DNA of 64,000 nucleotides, taken from positions 122,204,001-122,268,000 of the forward strand of contig NC_045696.1 in assembly GCF_009834535.1 (NCBI RefSeq). The letters run 5' to 3'. Made by a program: the position numbers and the translations under genes. The notes beneath the pieces are model-generated. The model was given only the letters and a program-made list of their open reading frames with translations. It was not told the DNA's origin and ran no database searches. The stretch is from Camelus ferus. Taxonomy: Eukaryota. Positions 10,771 to 25,700 of the stretch are shown piece by piece; the first letter of the stretch is position 1, and each line of letters begins with the position of its first letter.

Positions 10771-13700
10771 GTTTCTCAGTCTATTTCCTAGTGCCGGATT
10801 GAAGTTCCTGCAGTATTCCCTGTAAAACCGTGTTGGAGATAGTACCACCCCATATAAATGTATGGAGTGGAGTTTGCAACTGAAAAGAAACTTTGTGTTC
10901 CCAACAAGTTATGTGAAGTACGGCTTTCACACACAATTATCTCTCAGAACTGAAAATGTGGAGAGACGTTCGTTCATCTAGCACAAAGGGAACGGTTTGG
11001 AGGAGAAACATTTACTCTGCTTTCTCAGTCTGATTCCTATTGCCGGTATGAAGTTCCTGCAGTTTTTCTGTAAAAGGGTGTTGGAGCTAGTACCTCCCCA
11101 TAGATAGGTATGGACTGGAGTTTGCAACTGAAAAGAAACTTTGTGTTCCCAACAAGCTAGTTGAAAGACGGCTTTCACACACAATTATCTCTCGGAACTG
11201 AGCATGTGGAGAGACCTTCATTCATCTAGCACAAATGGAACGTGTTGCAGGAGAAACTTTTACTCTGGATTCCCAGTCTGTTTCCTAGTGCCGGTTTGAA
11301 CTTCCTGCAGTTTTCACTGTAAAAGGGAGTTGGAGTTAGTACCTCCCCATAGATATGTATGGACAGGAGTTTGCAAATGAAAAGAAACGTTGTGTTCCCA
11401 ACAAGCTAGGTGAAGGACGGCTTTCACACACAATTATCTCTCAGAACAAAGCATGTGGAGAGACTTTCGTTCATCTAGCACAAAGGGAACGGGTTGCAGG
11501 AAAAAATTTTACTCTGGTTTCTCAGTCAGTTTCCTACTGCCAGTTTGAAGTTTCTCCATTTTTCACTGTAAAATAGATTTGGAGCTTATACATCCCAATA
11601 TATTTGTATGGAGTTTGGTTTGCAACTGAAAAGAAACTTTGTGTTCCCAATAAGCTAGGTGAAGGACGGCTTTCACACACATTTATCTCTCAGAACTGAG
11701 CATGTGGAAAGACGTTCGTTCATCTAGCACCAATGGAACTGGTTGCAGGAGAAACTTTTACTCTGGTTACCCAGTCTGTTTCCTAGTGCCGTTTTGAAGT
11801 TCCTGCAGTTTTCACTATCAAACAGACTTGGAGCTAGTACCTCCCCAAAAATATGTATGGAGTTGGGTATGCAACTGAAAAGAAAATTTGTGTGCCCAAC
11901 TACCTAGTTGAAGCACGGCTTTCACACACACTTATCTCTCAGAATTGAGCATGTTGAAAGACGTTCGTTCATCTAGCACCAATGGAACTGGTTGCAGGGG
12001 AAATTTTTACTGTGGTTTCTCAGTCTATTTCCTAGTGCCGGATTGAAGTTCCTGCAGTTTTCCCTGTAAAACCGTGTTGGAGCTAGTACCACCCCATATA
12101 AATATATGGAGTGGAGTTTGCAACTGAAAAGAAACTTTGTGTTCCCAACAAGCTAGATGAAGGACGGCATTCACACACACTTATCTCTCAGAACTAAACA
12201 TGTGGAGAGAAGTTCGTTCATCTAGCACAAAGGAACCGGTTGCAGGAGAAAATTTTACTCTGGTCTCTCAGTCTGTTTCCTAGTGCCGGTTTGAATTTCC
12301 TGCAGATTTTACTGTAAAAGGGTGTTGGAGCTTGTACCTCCCCATAGATATGTATGGACTGGAGTTTGCAACTGAAAAGAAACTTTGTGATCCCAACAAG
12401 CTATTTGAAGGACGGCTTTAACACACACTTATCTCTCAGAACTGAGCAGGTGGAGAGACTTTCGTTCATCTAGCACAAAAAGAACGGGTTGCAGGAGAAA
12501 CTTTTACTCTGGTTTCTTAGAATTTTTTCTAGTGCCGGTTTGAAGTACCTGCAGTTTTCATTGTAAAACCTAGTTGGATCTAGTTCCAACCCATATATAT
12601 GTATGTATTGGTGTTTGCAACATATAAGAAACTTTGTGTTCCCAACATGCTAGGTGAAGGACAGCTTTAACACACACATATCTCTCAGAACTGAGCATGT
12701 GGAGAGACGTTCGTTCATCTAGCACAAAGGGAAATTGTTGCCGGAGAAACTTTTACTCTGGTTTCTCAGTCTGTTTCCTAGTGCCGGTATGAAGTTCCTG
12801 CACTTTTCACTGTAAATACGAGTTGGAGCTAGTACCTCCCCAAATATATGTATGGATTGGAATTTGCAACTGAAAAGAAAATTTGTCTTCCCAACAAGCT
12901 AGTTGAAGTACGGCTTTCACACACATTTATCTCTCAGAACTGAGCATGTGGAGATACGTTCTTTCATCTAGCACAAAGGGATCGGTTTGCAGGAGAAACT
13001 TTTACTCTGGTTACCCAGTCTGTTTCCTAGTGCCTTTTTGAAGTTCCTGCAGTTTTCACTGTAAAATTGAGTTGGAGGTAGTACCAACCCATCTATATGT
13101 ATGGAGTGGAGTTTGCATCTTATAAGAAACTATGTGTTCCCAACAAGCTAGGTTAAGCACGGCTTTCAAACACAATTATCTCTCAGAACTGAGCATGTGG
13201 AGAGACGTTCGTTCATCTAGCACAAATGGAACGTGTTGCAGGGGAAACTTTTACTCTGGTTTCCCAGTCTGTTTCCTAGTGCCGGTTTGAACTTCCTGCA
13301 GTTTTCACTGTAAAAGGGAGTTGGAACTATTACCTCCCCATAGATATGTATGCAGCGTAGTTTGCAACTGAAAAGAAACTGTGTTCCCAACAAGCTTGTT
13401 GAAGGACGGCTTTCACACACAATTATCTCTCAGAACTGAGCATGTGGAGAGACGTTCGTTCATCTAGCACAAAGGAACGTGTTGCAGGAAAAACTTTTGT
13501 TCTGGGTTCTCAGTCTGTTTCCTAATGCAGGTTTGAAGTTCCTGCAGTATTCAGTGTAAAACAGATTTGTAGATAGTACCTCCCCATAGATATGTATGGA
13601 GTGAAGTTTCAACTGAAAAGAAACTTTGTGTTCCCAACAAACTCGGTGAAGTCGGATTTCACACACAAATATTTCTCAGAAATGAGCATGTGGAGAGACG

Positions 13701-16700
13701 TTCGTTCATCTATCACAAAGGGAACGGGTTGCAGGAGTAACTTTTACTCTGGTTTCTCAGTCTGTTTCCTAGTTCCGGTTTGAAGTTCCAGCAGGTTTCA
13801 CTGTAAAACCTAGATGGAGCTAGTACCTCCCCATAGATATGTATGATTGGATTTTACTACTGAAAAGAAACTTAGTGTTACCCACATGCTAGGTTAAGGA
13901 CGGCTATCACACACACTTATCTCTCAGAACTGAGCATGTGGAGAGACGTTCTTTCATCTAGCGCAAAGGGAACAGGTTGCCGGAGAAACTATTACTGTGG
14001 TTCTTAGTTTGTTTCCAAGGGCCGGTTTGAAGTTCCTGCAGTTTTCACTGTAAAACCTAGTTGGAGCTAGTACCTCCCCATATATATGTATGGTGTGGAG
14101 ATTGCAATTAAAAAAAACTTAGTTTTCCCAACTAGATATTTGAAGGACCGCTTTCACACATAATTATCTCTCAGAACTGAGCATGTGGAGAGACGTTCGT
14201 TCATCTAGCACAAAGTGAACGGGTTGCATGAGAAACTTTTACTCTGGTTTCTCAGTCTGATTCTTAGTGCCGGTTTGATGTTCCTGCAGTTTTCATTGTA
14301 AAACCGAGTTGGAGCGATTACGTCTACATATATATATATGGAGGGTAGTTTGCAACTGAAAAGAAGCTGTGTTCCCAACAAGCTTGTTGAAGGACGGCAT
14401 TCACACACAATTATCTCTCAGAAATGAGCATGTGGAGAGACGTTCATTCATCTAGCACAACGGGAACGTGTTACATGAAAAAATTTTATTCTGGTTTCTC
14501 AGTCTGTTTCCTAGTGCCGGATTGAATTTCCTGCAGTTTTCACTGTAAAAACGAGCTGCAGCTTGTACCACCCCATATAAATGTATGGATTGGAGTTTGC
14601 AACTTCTAAGAAACTATGTGATCCCAACAAGCTAGGATAAGGATGGCTTTCAAACACAATTATCTCTCACAACTGAGCATGTGGAGAGACGTTCGTTCAT
14701 CTAGCACATAGGGAACTGTTTGAAGGAGAAACTTTTACTCTGGTTACCCAGTCTTTTCCTAGTGCCGGTTTGAAGTTCCTGCAGTTTTCACTGTAAAATC
14801 GAGTTGGAGGTAGTACCAACCCATATATATGTATGGAGTGGAGTTTGCAACTTATAAGAAACTATGTGATCCCAACAAGATAGGATAAGAACGGCTTTCA
14901 AACACAATTATCTCTCACAACTGAGCATTTGGAGAGACGTTCGTTCATCTAGCACAAAAGGAACGGCTTGCAGGAGAAAATTTTACTCTGGTTTCTCAGT
15001 CTGTTTCCTAGTGCCGGTATGAAGTTCCTTTAGTTTTTACTGTAAAAAGGTGTTGGAGCTTGTACCTCCCCATAGATATGTATGGACTGGAGTTTGCAAC
15101 TGAAAAGAAACTTTCTGTTCCCAACAAGATATTTGAAGGACGGCTTTCACACACACTTATCTCTCAGAAATGAGCATGTGGAGATACGTTCGTTCATCTA
15201 GCATATAGGGAACTGTTTGAAGGAGAAACTTTTATTCTGGTTTCTCAGTCTTTTTCCTAGTGCAGGTTTGTAGTACCTGCAGTTTTCAGTGTAAAACCTA
15301 GTTGATCTAGTACCAACCCATAAATATGTATGGATTGGTGTTTGCAAATTATAGAAACTTTGTGTTCCCAACATGCTAGGTGAAGGACGGCATTAACACA
15401 CACATATCTCTCAGAACTGAGCATGTGGAGAGACGTTTTTTCATCTAGCAAAAAGGGAACTGTTTGCAGGGGAAACATTTACCCTGGTTTCTCAGGCAGT
15501 ATCCTAGTGCCGGTTTGAAGTTCCTGCACTTTTCACTGTAAATACGAGTTGGCGCTAGTACCTCCCCATATATATGTATGGATTGGAGTTTGGAAATGAA
15601 AAGAAACTTTGTGTTCCCAACAAGCTAGGTGAAGTATGGCTTTCACACACATTTATCTCCCAGAACTGAGCATGTGCAGAAACGTACTTTCATCTAGCAC
15701 AAAGGGAACGGTTTGCAGGAGAAACTTTTACTCTGGTTACCCAGTCTGTTTCCTAGTGCCGGTTTGAAGTTCCTGCAGTTTTCACTGTAAAATCGTGTTG
15801 GAGGTAGTACAAACCCATATATATATATGGAGTGGAGTTTGCAACTTATAAGAAACTATGTGATCCCAACAAGCTAGGATAAGGACGGCTTTCACACACA
15901 ATTATCTCTCAAAACAAAGCATGTGGAGAGACTTTCGTTCATCTAGCACAAAGGGAACGGGTTGTAGGAAAAAATTTTACTCTGGTATCTCAGTCAGTTT
16001 CCTACTGCCAGTATGAAATTCCTCCATTTTTCACTGTAAAATAGATTTGGAGCTTATACATCCCAATATATTTGTATGGAGTTTGCTTTGCAACTGAAAA
16101 GAAACTTTGTGTTCCCAATAAGCTAGGTGAAGGACGGCTTTCACACACATTTATCTCTCAGAACTGAGCATGTGGAAAGACGTTCGTTCATCTAGGACCA
16201 ATGGAAATGTTTGCAGGAGAAACTTTTACTCTGGTTACCCAGTCTGTTTCCTAGTGCCGGGTTGAAGTTCCTGCAGTTTACACTGTAAAACCGTGTTGGA
16301 GCTAGAACCTCCCCATATATATGTATGGAGTGGAGTTTGCAACTTATAAGAAACTATGTGATCCCAACAAGCTAGAATAAGGACGGCTTTCAAACACAAT
16401 TATCTCTTACAACTGAGCATGTGGAGAGACGTTCATTCATCTAACACAAAGGGAAAGGATTGCAGGAGAAATTTTTACTCTGGTTTCTCAGGCTGTTTCC
16501 TAGTGCCAGATTGAAGTTCCTGCAATTTTCACTGTAAAACCGAGTTGGAGCTAGTACCTCCCCATATATATGTATGGATTGGAGATTGCAACTGAAAAGA
16601 AACTTTGTGTTCCCAACAGGATAGTTGAAGAACTGCTTCCACGCACACTTCTCATTCAGAACTGAGCATGTGGTGAGACGTTCGTTCATCTAGATTAAGG

Positions 16701-19700
16701 GAAAGGATTGTAGGAGAAACTTTTACTCTGATTTCTCCGTCTGTTTCCTAGTGCCGGTTAGAAGTTCCTGCAGTTTTCACTGTAGAACCAAGTTGGAGCT
16801 AGTACTTCCCCATATATATGTATGGAGTGTAGTTTGCAAATGAAAATAAACTTTGTGTTCCCAAAAAGCTAAGTGAAGGCAGCTTTCACATCCAATTATA
16901 TCCCAGAAATGAGCATGTTGAGAGACGTTCGTTCATCTAGCACAAAGGGAAAGCGTTGCCGAAGAAACTTTACTCTGGTTTCTCAGTCTGTTTCCTAGTG
17001 CCGTTTTGAAGTTCCTGCAGTTTTCACTGTCAAACAGAGTTGGAGCTAGTACCTCCCCATAAATATGTATGGAGTTGGGTATGCAACTGAAAAGAAAATT
17101 TGTGTTCCCAACTACCTAGTTGAAGCACGGCTTTCACACACACTTATCTCTCAGAACTGAGCATGTTGAAAGACGTTCGTTCATCTAGCACCAATGGAAC
17201 TGGTTGCAGGGGAAATTTTTACTTTGGTTTCTCAGTCTATTTCCTAGTGCCGGATTGAAGTTCCTGCAGTATTCCCTGTAAAACCGTGTTGGAGATAGTA
17301 CCACCCCATATAAATGTATGGAGTGGAGTTTGCAACTGAAAAGAAACTTTGTGTTCCCAACAAGTTATATGAAGTACGGCTTTCACACACAATTATCTCT
17401 CAGAACTGAAAATGTGGAGAGACGTTCGTTCATCTAGCACAAAGGGAACGGTTTGGAGGAGAAACATTTACTCTGCTTTCTCAGTCTGATTCCTATTGCC
17501 GGTATGAAGTTCCTGCAGTTTTTCTGTAAAAGGGTGTTGGAGCTAGTACCTCCCCATAGATAGGTATGGACTGGAGTTTGCAACTGAAAAGAAACTTTGT
17601 GTTCCCAACAAGCTAGTTGAAAGACGGCTTTCACACACAATTATCTCTCAGAACTGAGCATGTGGAGAGACTTTCATTCATCTAGCACAAATGGAACGTG
17701 TTGCAGGAGAAACTTTTACTCTGGATTCCCAGTCTGTTTCCTAGTGCCGGTTTGAACTTCCTGCAGTTTTCACTGTAAAAGGGAGTTGGAGCTAGTACCT
17801 CCCCATAGATATGTATGGACAGGAGTTTGCAAATGAAAAGAAACGTTGTGTTCCCAACAAGCTAGGTGAAGGACGGCTTTCACACACAATTATCTCTCAG
17901 AACAAAGCATGTGGAGAGACTTTCGTTCATCTAGCACAAAGGGAACGGGTTGCAGGAAAAAATTTTACTCTGGTTTCTCAGTCAGTTTCCTACTGCCAGT
18001 TTGAAGTTTCTCCATTTTTCACTGTAAAATAGATTTGGAGCTTATACATCCCAATATATTTGTATGGAGTTTGGTTTGCAACTGAAAAGAAACTTTGTGT
18101 TCCCAATAAGCTAGGTGAAGGACGGCTTTCACACACATTTATCTCTCAGAACTGAGCATGTGGAAAGACGTTCGTTCATCTAGCACCAATGGAACTGGTT
18201 GCAGGAGAAACTTTTACTCTGGTTACCCAGTCTGTTTCCTAGTGCCGTTTTGAAGTTCCTGCAGTTTTCACTATCAAACAGACTTGGAGCTAGTACCTCC
18301 CCAAAAATATGTATGGAGTTGGGTATGCAACTGAAAAGAAAATTTGTGTGCCCAACTACCTAGTTGAAGCACGGCTTTCACACACACTTATCTCTCAGAA
18401 TTGAGCATGTTGAAAGACGTTCGTTCATCTAGCACCAATGGAACTGGTTGCAGGGGAAATTTTTACTGTGGTTTCTCAGTCTATTTCCTAGTGCCGGATT
18501 GAAGTTCCTGCAGTTTTCCCTGTAAAACCGTGTTGGAGCTAGTACCACCCCATATAAATATATGGAGTGGAGTTTGCAACTGAAAAGAAACTTTGTGTTC
18601 CCAACAAGCTAGATGAAGGACGGCATTCACACACACTTATCTCTCAGAACTAAACATGTGGAGAGAAGTTCGTTCATCTAGCACAAAGGAACCGGTTGCA
18701 GGAGAAAATTTTACTCTGGTCTCTCAGTCTGTTTCCTAGTGCCGGTTTGAATTTCCTGCAGATTTTACTGTAAAAGGGTGTTGGAGCTTGTACCTCCCCA
18801 TAGATATGTATGGACTGGAGTTTGCAACTGAAAAGAAACTTTGTGATCCCAACAAGCTATTTGAAGGACGGCTTTAACACACACTTATCTCTCAGAACTG
18901 AGCAGGTGGAGAGACTTTCGTTCATCTAGCACAAAAAGAACGGGTTGCAGGAGAAACTTTTACTCTGGTTTCTTAGAATTTTTTCTAGTGCCGGTTTGAA
19001 GTACCTGCAGTTTTCATTGTAAAACCTAGTTGGATCTAGTTCCAACCCATATATATGTATGTATTGGTGTTTGCAACATATAAGAAACTTTGTGTTCCCA
19101 ACATGCTAGGTGAAGGACAGCTTTAACACACACATATCTCTCAGAACTGAGCATGTGGAGAGACGTTCGTTCATCTAGCACAAAGGGAAATTGTTGCCGG
19201 AGAAACTTTTACTCTGGTTTCTCAGTCTGTTTCCTAGTGCCGGTATGAAGTTCCTGCACTTTTCACTGTAAATACGAGTTGGAGCTAGTACCTCCCCAAA
19301 TATATGTATGGATTGGAGTTTGCAACTGAAAAGAAAATTTGTGTTCCCAACAAGCTAGTTGAACTACGGCTTTCACACACATTTATCTCTCAGAACTGAG
19401 CATGTGGAGATACGTTCTTTCATCTAGCACAAAGGGATCGGTTTTCAGGAGAAACTTTTACTCTGGTTACCCAGTCTGTTTCCTAGTGCCTTTTTGAAGT
19501 TCCTGCAGTTTTCACTGTAAAATTGAGTTGGAGGTAGTACCAACCCATCTATATGTATGGAGTGGAGTTTGCATCTTATAAGAAACTATGTGTTCCCAAC
19601 AAGCTAGGTTAAGCACGGCTTTCAAACACAATTATCTCTCAGAACTGAGCATGTGGAGAGACGTTCGTTCATCTAGCACAAATGGAACGTGTTGCAGGGG

Positions 19701-22700
19701 AAACTATTACTCTGGTTTCCCAGTCTGTTTCCTAGTGCCGGTTTGAACTTCCTGCAGTTTTCACTGTAAAAGGGAGTTGGAACTATTACCTCCCCATAGA
19801 TATGTATGCAGCGTAGTTTGCAACTGAAAAGAAACTGTGTTCCCAACAAGCTTGTTGAAGGACGGCTTTCACACACAATTATCTCTCAGAACTGAGCATG
19901 TGGAGAGACGTTCGTTCATCTAGCACAAAGGAACGTGTTGCAGGAAAAACTTTTGTTCTGGGTTCTCAGTCTGTTTCCTAATGCAGGTTTGAAGTTCCTG
20001 CAGTATTCAGTGTAAAACAGATTTGTAGATAGTACCTCCCCATAGATATGTATGGAGTGAAGTTTGCAACTGAAAAGAAACTTTGTGTTCCCAACAAACT
20101 CGGTGAAGTCGGATTTCACACACAAATATTTCTCAGAAATGAGCATGTGGAGAGACGTTCGTTCATCTATCACAAAGGGAACGGGTTGCAGGAGTAACTT
20201 TTACTCTGGTTTCTCAGTCTGTTTCCTAGTTCCGGTTTGAAGTTCCAGCAGGTTTCACTGTAAAACCGAGATGGAGCTAGTACCTCCCCATAGATATGTA
20301 TGATTGGATTTTACTACTGAAAAGAAACTTAGTGTTACCCACATGCTAGGTTAAGGACGGCTATCACACACACTTATCTCTCAGAACTGAGCATGTGGAG
20401 AGACGTTCTTTCATCTAGCGCAAAGGGAACAGGTTGCCGGAGAAACTATTACTGTGGTTCTTAGTTTGTTTCCAAGGGCCGGTTTGAAGTTCCTGCAGTT
20501 TTCACTGTAAAACCTAGTTGGAGCTAGTACCTCCCCATATATATGTATGGTGTGGAGATTGCAATTAAAAAAAACTTAGTTTTCCCAACTAGATATTTGA
20601 AGGACCGCTTTCACACATAATTATCTCTCAGAACTGAGCATGTGGAGAGACGTTCGTTCATCTAGCACAAAGTGAACGGGTTGCATGAGAAACTTTTACT
20701 CTGGTTTCTCAGTCTGATTCTTAGTGCCGGTTTGATGTTCCTGCAGTTTTCATTGTAAAACCGAGTTGGAGCGATTACGTCTACATATATATATATGGAG
20801 GGTAGTTTGCAACTGAAAAGAAGCTGTGTTCCCAACAAGCTTGTTGAAGGACGGCTTTCACACACAATTATCTCTCAGAAATGAGCATGTGGAGAGACGT
20901 TCATTCATCTAGCACAACGGGAACGTGTTACATGAAAAAATTTTATTCTGGTTTCTCAGTCTGTTTCCTAGTGCCGGATTGAATTTCCTGCAGTTTTCAC
21001 TGTAAAAACGAGCTGCAGCTTGTACCACCCCATATAAATGTATGGATTGGAGTTTGCAACTTCTAAGAAAACTATGTGATCCCAACAAGCTAGGATAAGG
21101 ATGGCTTTCAAACACAATTATCTCTCACAACTGAGCATGTGGAGAGACGTTCGTTCATCTAGCACATAGGGAACTGTTTGAAGGAGAAACTTTTACTCTG
21201 GTTACCCAGTCTTTTCCTAGTGCCGGTTTGAAGTTCCTGCAGTTTTCACTGTAAAATCGAGTTGGAGGTAGTACCAACCCATATATATGTATGGAGTGGA
21301 GTTTGCAACTTATAAGAAACTATGTGATCCCAACAAGATAGGATAAGAAAGGCTTTCAAAACACAATTATCTCTCACAACTGAGCATTTGGAGAGACGTT
21401 CGTTCATCTAGCACAAAAGGAACGGCTTGCAGGAGAAAATTTTACTCTGGTTTCTCAGTCTGTTTCCTAGTGCCGGTATGAAGTTCCTTTAGTTTTTACT
21501 GTAAAAAGGTGTTGGAGCTTGTACCTCCCCATAGATATGTATGGACTGGAGTTTGCAACTGAAAAGAAACTTTCTGTTCCCAACAAGATATTTGAAGGAC
21601 GGCTTTCACACACACTTATCTCTCAGAAATGAGCATGTGGAGATACGTTCGTTCATCTAGCATATAGGGAACTGTTTGAAGGAGAAACTTTTATTCTGGT
21701 TTCTCAGTCTTTTTCCTAGTGCAGGTTTGTAGTACCTGCAGTTTTCAGTGTAAAACCTAGTTGATCTAGTACCAACCCATAAATATGTATGGATTGGTGT
21801 TTGCAAATTATAGAAACTTTGTGTTCCCAACATGCTAGGTGAAGGACGGCATTAACACACACATATCTCTCAGAACTGAGCATGTGGAGAGACGTTTTTT
21901 CATCTAGCAAAAAGGGAACTGTTTGCAGGGGAAACATTTACCCTGGTTTCTCAGGCAGTATCCTAGTGCCGGTTTGAAGTTCCTGCACTTTTCACTGTAA
22001 ATACGAGTTGGCGCTAGTACCTCCCCATATATATGTATGGATTGGAGTTTGGAAATGAAAAGAAACTTTGTGTTCCCAACAAGCTAGGTGAAGTATGGCT
22101 TTCACACACATTTATCTCCCAGAACTGAGCATGTTCAGAAACGTACTTTCATCTAGCACAAAGGGAACGGTTTGCAGGAGAAACTTTTACTCTGGTTACC
22201 CAGTCTGTTTCCTAGTGCCGGTTTGAAGTTCCTGCAGTTTTCACTGTAAAATCGTGTTGGAGGTAGTACAAACCCATATATATATATGGAGTGGAGTTTG
22301 CAACTTATAAGAAACTATGTGATCCCAACAAGCTAGGATAAGGACGGCTTTCACACACAATTATCTCTCAAAACAAAGCATGTGGAGAGACTTTCGTTCA
22401 TCTAGCACAAAGGGAACGGGTTGCAGGAAAAAATTTTACTCTGGTTTCTCAGTCAGTTTCCTACTGCCAGTTTGAAATTCTTCCATTTTTCACTGTAAAA
22501 TAGATTTGGAGCTTATACATCCCAATATATTTGTATGGAGTTTGGTTTGCAACTGAAAAGAAACTTTGTGTTCCCAATAAGCTAGGTGAAGGACGGCTTT
22601 CACACACATTTATCTCTCAGAACTGAGCATGTGGAAAGACGTTCGTTCATCTAGGACCAATGGAAATGTTTGCAGGAGAAACTTTTACTCTGGTTACCCA

Positions 22701-25700
22701 GTCTGTTTCCTAGTGCCGGGTTGAAGTTCCTGCAGTTTACACTGTAAAACCGTGTTGGAGCTAGAACCTCCCCATATATATGTATGGAGTGGAGTTTGCA
22801 ACTTATAAGAAACTATGTGATCCCAACAAGCTAGAATAAGGACGGCTTTCAAACACAATTATCTCTTACAACTGAGCATGTGGAGAGACGTTCATTCATC
22901 TAACACAAAGGGAAAGGATTGCAGGAGAAATTTTTACTCTGGTTTCTCAGGCTGTTTCCTAGTGCCAGATTGAAGTTCCTGCAATTTTCACTGTAAAACC
23001 GAGTTGGAGCTAGTACCTCCCCATATATATGTATGGATTGGAGATTGCAACTGAAAAGAAACTTTGTGTTCCCAACAGGATAGTTGAAGAACTGCTTCCA
23101 CGCACACTTCTCATTCAGAACTGAGCATGTGGTGAGACGTTCGTTCATCTAGATTAAGGGAAAGGATTGTAGGAGAAACTTTTACTCTGATTTCTCCGTC
23201 TGTTTCCTAGTGCCGGTTAGAAGTTCCTGCAGTTTTCACTGTAGAACCAAGTTGGAGCTAGTACTTCCCCATATATATGTATGGAGTGTAGTTTGCAAAT
23301 GAAAATAAACTTTGTGTTCCCAAAAAGCTAAGTGAAGGCGGCTTTCACATCCAATTATATCCCAGAAATGAGCATGTTGAGAGACGTTCGTTCATCTAGC
23401 ACAAAGGGAAAGCGTTGCCGGAGAAACTTTTACTCTGGTTTCTCAGTCTGTTTCCTAGTGCCGTTTTGAAGTTCCTGCAGTTTTCACTGTCAAACAGAGT
23501 TGGAGCTAGTACCTCCCCATAAATATGTATGGAGTTGGGTATGCAACTGAAAAGAAAATTTGTGTTCCCAACTACCTAGTTGAAGCACGGCTTTCACACA
23601 CACTTATCTCTCAGAACTGAGCATGTTGAAAGACGTTCGTTCATCTAGCACCAATGGAACTGGTTGCAGGGGAAATTTTTACTTTGGTTTCTCAGTCTAT
23701 TTCCTAGTGCCGGATTGAAGTTCCTGCAGTATTCCCTGTAAAACCGTGTTGGAGATAGTACCACCCCATATAAATGTATGGAGTGGAGTTTGCAACTGAA
23801 AAGAAACTTTGTGTTCCCAACAAGTTATGTGAAGTACGGCTTTCACACACAATTATCTCTCAGAACTGAAAATGTGGAGAGACGTTCGTTCATCTAGCAC
23901 AAAGGGAACGGTTTGGAGGAGAAACATTTACTCTGCTTTCTCAGTCTGATTCCTATTGCCGGTATGAAGTTCCTGCAGTTTTTCTGTAAAAGGGTGTTGG
24001 AGCTAGTACCTCCCCATAGATAGGTATGGACTGGAGTTTGCAACTGAAAAGAAAACTTTGTGTTCCCAACAAGCTAGTTGAAAGACGGCTTTCACACACA
24101 ATTATCTCTCGGAAATGAGCATGTGGAGAGACCTTCATTCATCTAGCACAAATGGAACGTGTTGCAGGAGAAACTTTTACTCTGGATTCCCAGTCTGTTT
24201 CCTAGTGCCGGTTTGAACTTCCTGCAGTTTTCACTGTAAAAGGGAGTTGGAGCTAGTACCTCCCCATAGATATGTATGGACAGGAGTTTGCAAATGAAAA
24301 GAAACATTGTGTTCCCAACAAGCTAGGTGAAGGACGGCTTTCACACACAATTATCTCTCAGAACAAAGCATGTGGAGAGACTTTCGTTCATCTAGCACAA
24401 AGGGAACGGGTTGCAGGAAAAAATTTTACTCTGGTTTCTCAGTCAGTTTCCTACTGCCAGTTTGAAGTTTCTCCATTTTTCACTGTAAAATAGATTTGGA
24501 GCTTATACATCCCAATATATTTGTATGGAGTTTGGTTTGCAACTGAAAAGAAACTTTGTGTTCCCAATAAGCTAGGTGAAGGACGGCTTTCACACACATT
24601 TATCTCTCAGAACTGAGCATGTGGAAAGACGTTCGTTCATCTAGCACCAATGGAACTGGTTGCAGGAGAAACTTTTACTCTGGTTACCCAGTCTGTTTCC
24701 TAGTGCCGTTTTGAAGTTCCTGCAGTTTTCACTATCAAACAGACTTGGAGCTAGTACCTCCCCAAAAATATGTATGGAGTTGGGTATGCAACTGAAAAGA
24801 AAATTTGTGTGCCCAACTACCTAGTTGAAGCACGGCTTTCACACACACTTATCTCTCAGAATTGAGCATGTTGAAAGACGTTCGTTCATCTAGCACCAAT
24901 GGAACTGGTTGCAGGGGAAATTTTTACTGTGGTTTCTCAGTCTATTTCCTAGTGCCGGATTGAAGTTCCTGCAGTTTTCCCTGTAAAACCGTGTTGGAGC
25001 TAGTACCACCCCATATAAATATATGGAGTGGAGTTTGCAACTGAAAAGAAACTTTGTGTTCCCAACAAGCTAGATGAAGGACGGCATTCACACACACTTA
25101 TCTCTCAGAACTAAACATGTGGAGAGAAGTTCGTTCATCTAGCACAAAGGAACCGGTTGCAGGAGAAAATTTTACTCTGGTCTCTCAGTCTGTTTCCTAG
25201 TGCCGGTTTGAATTTCCTGCAGATTTTACTGTAAAAGGGTGTTGGAGCTTGTACCTCCCCATAGATATGTATGGACTGGAGTTTGCAAATGAAAAGAAAC
25301 TTTGTGATCCCAACAAGCTATTTGAAGGACGGCTTTAACACACACTTATCTCTCAGAACTGAGCAGGTGGAGAGACTTTCGTTCATCTAGCACAAAAAGA
25401 ACGGGTTGCAGGAGAAACTTTTACTCTGGTTTCTTAGAATTTTTTCTAGTGCCGGTTTGAAGTACCTGCAGTTTTCATTGTAAAACCTAGTTGGATCTAG
25501 TTCCAACCCATATATATGTATGTATTGGTGTTTGCAACATATAAGAAACTTTGTGTTCCCAACATGCTAGGTGAAGGACAGCTTTAACACACACATATCT
25601 CTCAGAACTGAGCATGTGGAGAGACGTTCGTTCATCTAGCACAAAGGGAAATTGTTGCCGGAGAAACTTTTACTCTGGTTTCTCAGTCTGTTTCCTAGTG

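Noticed and set aside
13217..13420. Cys/His-rich peptides suggesting C2H2 zinc-finger repeats
   Set aside because: No CxxC-x12-HxxxH pattern, no TGEKP linkers and no 84-bp period. The composition comes from TG/CA-rich satellite sequence.
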